DNA of 64,000 bases from an uncultured Clostridia bacterium (lineage in GTDB: Bacteria > Bacillota > Clostridia > Christensenellales > UBA1242): NCBI GenBank assembly GCA_937893125.1, contig CALBHW010000038.1, forward strand, positions 1,247 to 65,246. The letters run 5' to 3'. The notes beneath the pieces were generated by a model. The model was not told the origin of the DNA, made no database searches, and saw nothing but the letters and a program-made list of their open reading frames with translations. Each line of letters starts with the position of its first letter. Positions within the stretch are counted from its first letter, which is position 1. Position numbers and translations under genes: made by a program. Below are positions 60,897 through 64,000 of the stretch, one piece after another.

Positions 60897-61778
60897 ATGA
60901 AAATTATAAAAAACATTTTAGTAACGGTTGTTGCGATTGCATTTTTCTTAGGGCTTGTCGTTTTGGGTACACAAATATTTTTTAAGAAAAAGTACGATAT
61001 TGACTTGTTTGCAACAATAAATAATTTTAAAACTTTGTCTCAACCTGTCGACGAAGCAACGCATTTTCCTGATATTTTTGGGACGCAAGACGAAAAGGAC
61101 GCGCAAGCGCAAGTCAACGCTTCAATTGCAGACCTTATTACTTTTGACGAAGAAACAGGGAAATATACCATTCATTTAACTGAAATTTCGTCCAATATGG
61201 GTGCCGAAATCGACCTTAGCGACAAACAACTTGGTGCGTTTGCACAAATGATGGTCGCTCAACAAATGGACGGAAAAATCAAAATCAGCGAAAGTACAAC
61301 GCTTGATTTTTGGATTAAACAAATCAAAATTAGCGATGTGAAAGAGGACGGAAGTGCAACTTTTAACACGGTTGTCAAATTTGACTTGACTTCTATCAAA
61401 AATGGAATGGATAAGTTCCCAATGAGCATTGTAAAAAAATATGTGCCAGACTTTCTTTATGTGTCGTCCACTGTTGACATTCAAAAGGATGCAACCGACA
61501 ACTTTAAGTATACGGTCTCATCAAATACTTTGACTTTTAACAATTTAACGAGCGAAGAAACGGCAAATATGTTTAAAACTCTCGACCACTTTTTGAAAAT
61601 CGGGTCGGCTGAAAATTTGAATAAGCAAATCGGCGAAACGGTTATGAATGTTCTTGTGGGCGTCGAAGGTGACGAAGAAAAACAAGGGCTTGCAGTGGGC
61701 TTAAAACCGGTTGGTGCTACGGGATACAAATTTACGAGCGTTTCTGAACAAGGGCATTTTGTCATAACAATCGGCTAA
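60897..61778 (+). CDS. N-terminally anchored extracytoplasmic protein, function unknown
   Basis: 293 aa, one N-terminal TM, good RBS (aaaaaggagaaaaa). No recognised motif. Confidence 0.55.
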   Translation: MKIIKNILVTVVAIAFFLGLVVLGTQIFFKKKYDIDLFATINNFKTLSQPVDEATHFPDIFGTQDEKDAQAQVNASIADLITFDEETGKYTIHLTEISSNMGAEIDLSDKQLGAFAQMMVAQQMDGKIKISESTTLDFWIKQIKISDVKEDGSATFNTVVKFDLTSIKNGMDKFPMSIVKKYVPDFLYVSSTVDIQKDATDNFKYTVSSNTLTFNNLTSEETANMFKTLDHFLKIGSAENLNKQIGETVMNVLVGVEGDEEKQGLAVGLKPVGATGYKFTSVSEQGHFVITIG

Positions 61779-61853
61779 ATTTGTCTCAGCGTATATATGA
61801 AATTTTAAAGATTAACAATTTTTGATTTTTACTTTTTGGATATTTTAAAAAAT

Positions 61854-61881
61854 TAGTCCCATAGTTTTCTATGGGACTTTT
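61854..61881 (+). terminator. Rho-independent terminator
   Basis: agtcccatag-tttt-ctatgggact followed by ttttg. Confidence 0.85.
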
Positions 61882-62004
61882 GCTTGAAAATTTTATAGTG
61901 TTTTTTTATTTGTTTTTAGTTTAAAGTGATTTTTTTATTTGTTTTTAATTGAAATGATTATAGTGTTTTTTGCATTGTCTATTTTTGATTAAAATTATTG
62001 AAAT

Positions 62005-62346
62005 CTATTCAAAATCTTTTTCGCTTAGAAGTGGAAAAATTGTAATGACAGGCTCTTCATAAGGATGAACACGCCTAATTTCTTTTAAAACATTTTTGAT
62101 ATTTCCCGCGTCGCAAATAAAGTCGAGTTTTATTTCATCGACCTTTTCAAGTTCGCCTTTGTTACCTATAAAAGGTTGAGCGCTTTTATTTGGGATAAAT
62201 GTTCCAACACACTCTACTTCGGACGAACAAAACGAATAATCGCCGATTTTTCCAGCACCTACCTTGCACACGGCATTTCTAACCTTGTCAACAAAATCTT
62301 TTGGCACCGCCACACAAATATTAACCTTTTTCACATCAATATTCAT
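62005..62346 (-). CDS. Small PII/CutA-like fold protein resembling the NIF3/YbgI insert domain (COG3323-like)
   Basis: 113 aa. Pattern VPKDFVDKVRNAV...GAGKIG.Y..CS......G.F.P......P.IG..GE.E.V.E.K....C.......V...I...HPYEEP. Confidence 0.45.
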   Translation of the reverse strand: MNIDVKKVNICVAVPKDFVDKVRNAVCKVGAGKIGDYSFCSSEVECVGTFIPNKSAQPFIGNKGELEKVDEIKLDFICDAGNIKNVLKEIRRVHPYEEPVITIFPLLSEKDFE

Positions 62347-62417
62347 TCCTTAATCTCCTTTCATTTCCACTTTATTACAACTTATTTGCCAAACTAAAGC
62401 GCCCCCACGATTTTCCC

Positions 62418-62620
62418 TTATAAATCTACCAAAACCTAATAGGCAATTAAAACTCATACTTATCGTTGGTTATAGCAAGAATTATTATAAATTATAGGAA
62501 GTAAATTTTGAAACAAGTTCAAAATTTGTGCTGACGCACCCGCAAAGCAACGCTTTGCACTTCCAATTTGAATAACCATCAGTCTCGCTGGAGAGTAAAC
62601 TCTCCGACTCAACTTCCGAT
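62418..62620 (+). ncRNA. tracrRNA-like element: anti-repeat (62418-62453) plus about 165-nt hairpin-rich tail
   Basis: 62428-62453, accaaaacctaataggcaattaaaac, matches the array repeat at 22/26 positions on the same DNA strand, so an RNA from the opposite strand to the crRNA could pair with it. It is followed by ..CTTATCG.., then helices aaattttgaa/ttcaaaattt, gtgc/gcac, gcaaagc/gctttgc (all enclosed by ggaagt/acttcc) and ggagag-taaa-ctctcc. No canonical terminator is present. Confidence 0.35.
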
Positions 62621-62787
62621 AATATACCATATCAAAACTTAATAGGGAACTAAAACTTATCCATAAGCACTTTACCTTCTTCGTTTATTATACCATACCA
62701 AAACCTAGTAGGGAACTAAAATATTGGAACAATCTATTGTATCATACTTGGAATTGTATTATACCAAAATCTAATGGGGGCTAAATC
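62621..62787 (-). CRISPR. Degenerate mini-CRISPR array: 3 repeats (36, 36, 35 nt) and 2 spacers (30 nt each), type-II-like repeat
   Basis: Repeats at 62621-62656, 62687-62722 and 62753-62787, exact 66-nt period. The minus-strand repeat reads GTTTTAGTTCCCTATTAAGTTTTGATATGGTATATT. Repeats differ from each other at 5-10 positions. No cas ORF occurs anywhere in the window. Confidence 0.55.
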
Positions 62788-63110
62788 AAATCTATTTTAA
62801 ATCGATGAAGTTTAATGCCCAAAAAATAAATTATAATATAAAAACGCCTTGATTTTAGCATTACATTTACACTTAAAACCTATTTTATATTTTTTTGATT
62901 TTGCGACTAGGTTTAAATTTTTCTTAATTTTCTAAACAATGTCTTTGATATAAACTTTGATATCTCACTAAAAATATTATGCAAACTTTTCCTTATTCCC
63001 AAAAATTTCGTTTTACTGCTATTTTTGGGAGCCCTTTTTCTTTACGCTCCGTTCGAGCCCCTTTTGTCTCCACTAACAAAAAAAACACGCTTACGTGTGT
63101 TCTTTTTGTT

Positions 63111-63155
63111 TGGTGGACGACCAGGGACTCGAACCCTGGACCCACTGATTAAGAG
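63111..63155 (-). pseudogene. 3' half of tRNA-Lys(CUU): anticodon loop to CCA (att-type remnant)
   Basis: Minus strand reads CTCTTAA-TCAGT-GGGTC-CAGGG-TTCGAGT-CCCTG-GTCGTCC-A-CCA. The 5 nt before the loop (CACAC) cannot pair with TCAGT, and there is no D arm or 5' acceptor strand. A hairpin plus T-run follows the CCA end at about 63078-63104. Confidence 0.8.
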
Positions 63156-63489
63156 GTGTGATTAAAACTTATTAAAATAGTTTATTTTATATCCTAAAAA
63201 TCCCTTTATTCCCTTATTTTATCTAGCAAATTCGTGTTATATAATTTTATTTTGTTTTATAGCAATTCTCCTAATTTTATTTAAGTTTTTAGTGTCTAAA
63301 TTTAGACAGATGTGAAACAAAGTATTTTTTAGGTGAAAGATATAGATAAAAAAATATCAAAATCAATATAAATAAGTTTTTCAATTTTTATGATAAATAA
63401 ACCATAGAAGAGAATATCAATTAATTCCTTATTTAGCACTTAAATCCTTGTAAATATGTTAAGATCCAAAAAAAATATAATAATTAAAG

Positions 63490-63519
63490 CAAAAAATACT
63501 GGGTTATCCCCAGTATTTT
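63490..63519 (-). terminator. Rho-independent terminator (minus strand)
   Basis: Minus strand: aatactgggg-ataa-cccagtatt followed by ttttttgc. Confidence 0.75.
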
Positions 63520-63675
63520 TTACTTCTTAAAAATTAAAATAGCCTTTGCACCAAGTGTAATTGTTGTGGAAATTAAAGTATATCCTTCCTTTTCCATTTC
63601 GTTACACTTGTCTTCAATTTTCTTTGCCATTTTCTTCGCTACGGGCGTGTAGCCTATTAGTTCTGTTTTATACAT
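63520..63675 (-). CDS. Small protein (51 aa), DUF4177-like pattern
   Basis: Not in the ORF track (under 60 aa). My translation is MYKTELIGYTPVAKKMAKKIEDKCNEMEKEGYTLISTTITLGAKAILIFKK. Its ATG overlaps the upstream stop (TAATG). A terminator follows. Confidence 0.45.
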   Translation of the reverse strand: MYKTELIGYTPVAKKMAKKIEDKCNEMEKEGYTLISTTITLGAKAILIFKK

Positions 63676-63899
63676 TATTTTTCTCCTTTTTTAATATTTT
63701 TTTTACGATTATATATATTTATAAGTCCTATTATAACTAATATAATCCCGACCAGTAAAATGCCAATAGCAAGCCCGAGTAGAACTCCATCGCTAAACGT
63801 TCCAAAATGGGAAGAACCATCTCCAGCAAAATAATTATAGCACAAATATAACGTTATGCCTAAAACAAACAAAATACTTCCAGTAATAAGATTTTTCAT
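63675..63899 (-). CDS. Small membrane protein (2 TM)
   Basis: 74 aa with two hydrophobic helices. Translationally coupled to the downstream 51-aa ORF. Confidence 0.5.
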   Translation of the reverse strand: MKNLITGSILFVLGITLYLCYNYFAGDGSSHFGTFSDGVLLGLAIGILLVGIILVIIGLINIYNRKKNIKKGEK

Positions 63900-64000
63900 A
63901 TTTTCTATTTCCTTATAAAAGTTGTATTGGTAATCAATTAAGGTATCATTAGCAATAATTATATCGCTTTAATTATTATTAGTCAATTACACTGTAAAGC

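Noticed and set aside
61895-61965. Two copies of tttttttatttgtttttaRtt after the 293-aa gene.
   Set aside because: This is a short, low-complexity T-rich duplication in a convergent spacer, with no further structure or periodicity.
62830-62865. A fourth, very degenerate CRISPR repeat to the right of the array (attataatataaaaacgccttgattttagc...).
   Set aside because: Only about 15 of the first 22 positions match, and it is offset by 77 nt rather than 66 nt. That cannot be distinguished from chance in AT-rich DNA. It is mentioned only as possible further decay.

Overview
This window is a chromosomal segment from a low-GC Firmicute (Bacillota), probably Clostridia-like and close to the replication origin. 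That placement is inferred from the gyrB-gyrA pair, a yabP-yabQ sporulation pair, AGGAG-type ribosome-binding sites and very A/T-rich intergenic DNA. The housekeeping genes are gyrB (5' partial), gyrA, queH, pyk, tRNA-Val(GAC), metG, dtd, rpmE and rubrerythrin. There are also three patches of cell-envelope glycan genes: GT4/EpsG/GT2; GT2/WecB/DXD-GT/Wzx; and a divergent GT2 pair. About 23 kb (31.3-54.1 kb) is dominated by very large predicted surface proteins of roughly 2119, 801, 400, 1862 and 911 aa. The last of these, a transglutaminase-like protein, is translationally coupled to a two-subunit aconitase-X (DUF521/DUF126) enzyme.

The items most worth follow-up are:
1. 62.4-62.8 kb: a small, decaying type-II-like CRISPR array (36-nt repeats, 30-nt spacers). 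Next to it is a tracrRNA-like anti-repeat followed by a long hairpin-rich tail. No cas gene is present anywhere in the window.
2. 63.11-63.16 kb: a 3'-half fragment of tRNA-Lys(CUU). This is the typical scar of an integrase-mediated insertion, and it marks an island that runs off the right edge of the window.
3. About 4.12-4.33 kb: a GC-rich, hairpin-dense element of about 200 nt that I could not assign to any RNA family from memory.
4. 22.3-23.6 kb: an orphan phage tail-fibre-like gene with a small downstream partner.
5. Upstream of gyrA and of tRNA-Val: arrays of TTGACA-like boxes and A-tracts phased at about 20 bp.
6. Four perfect DnaA boxes, all intergenic.

All functional calls come from reading motifs in the supplied translations. 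No database search was possible.
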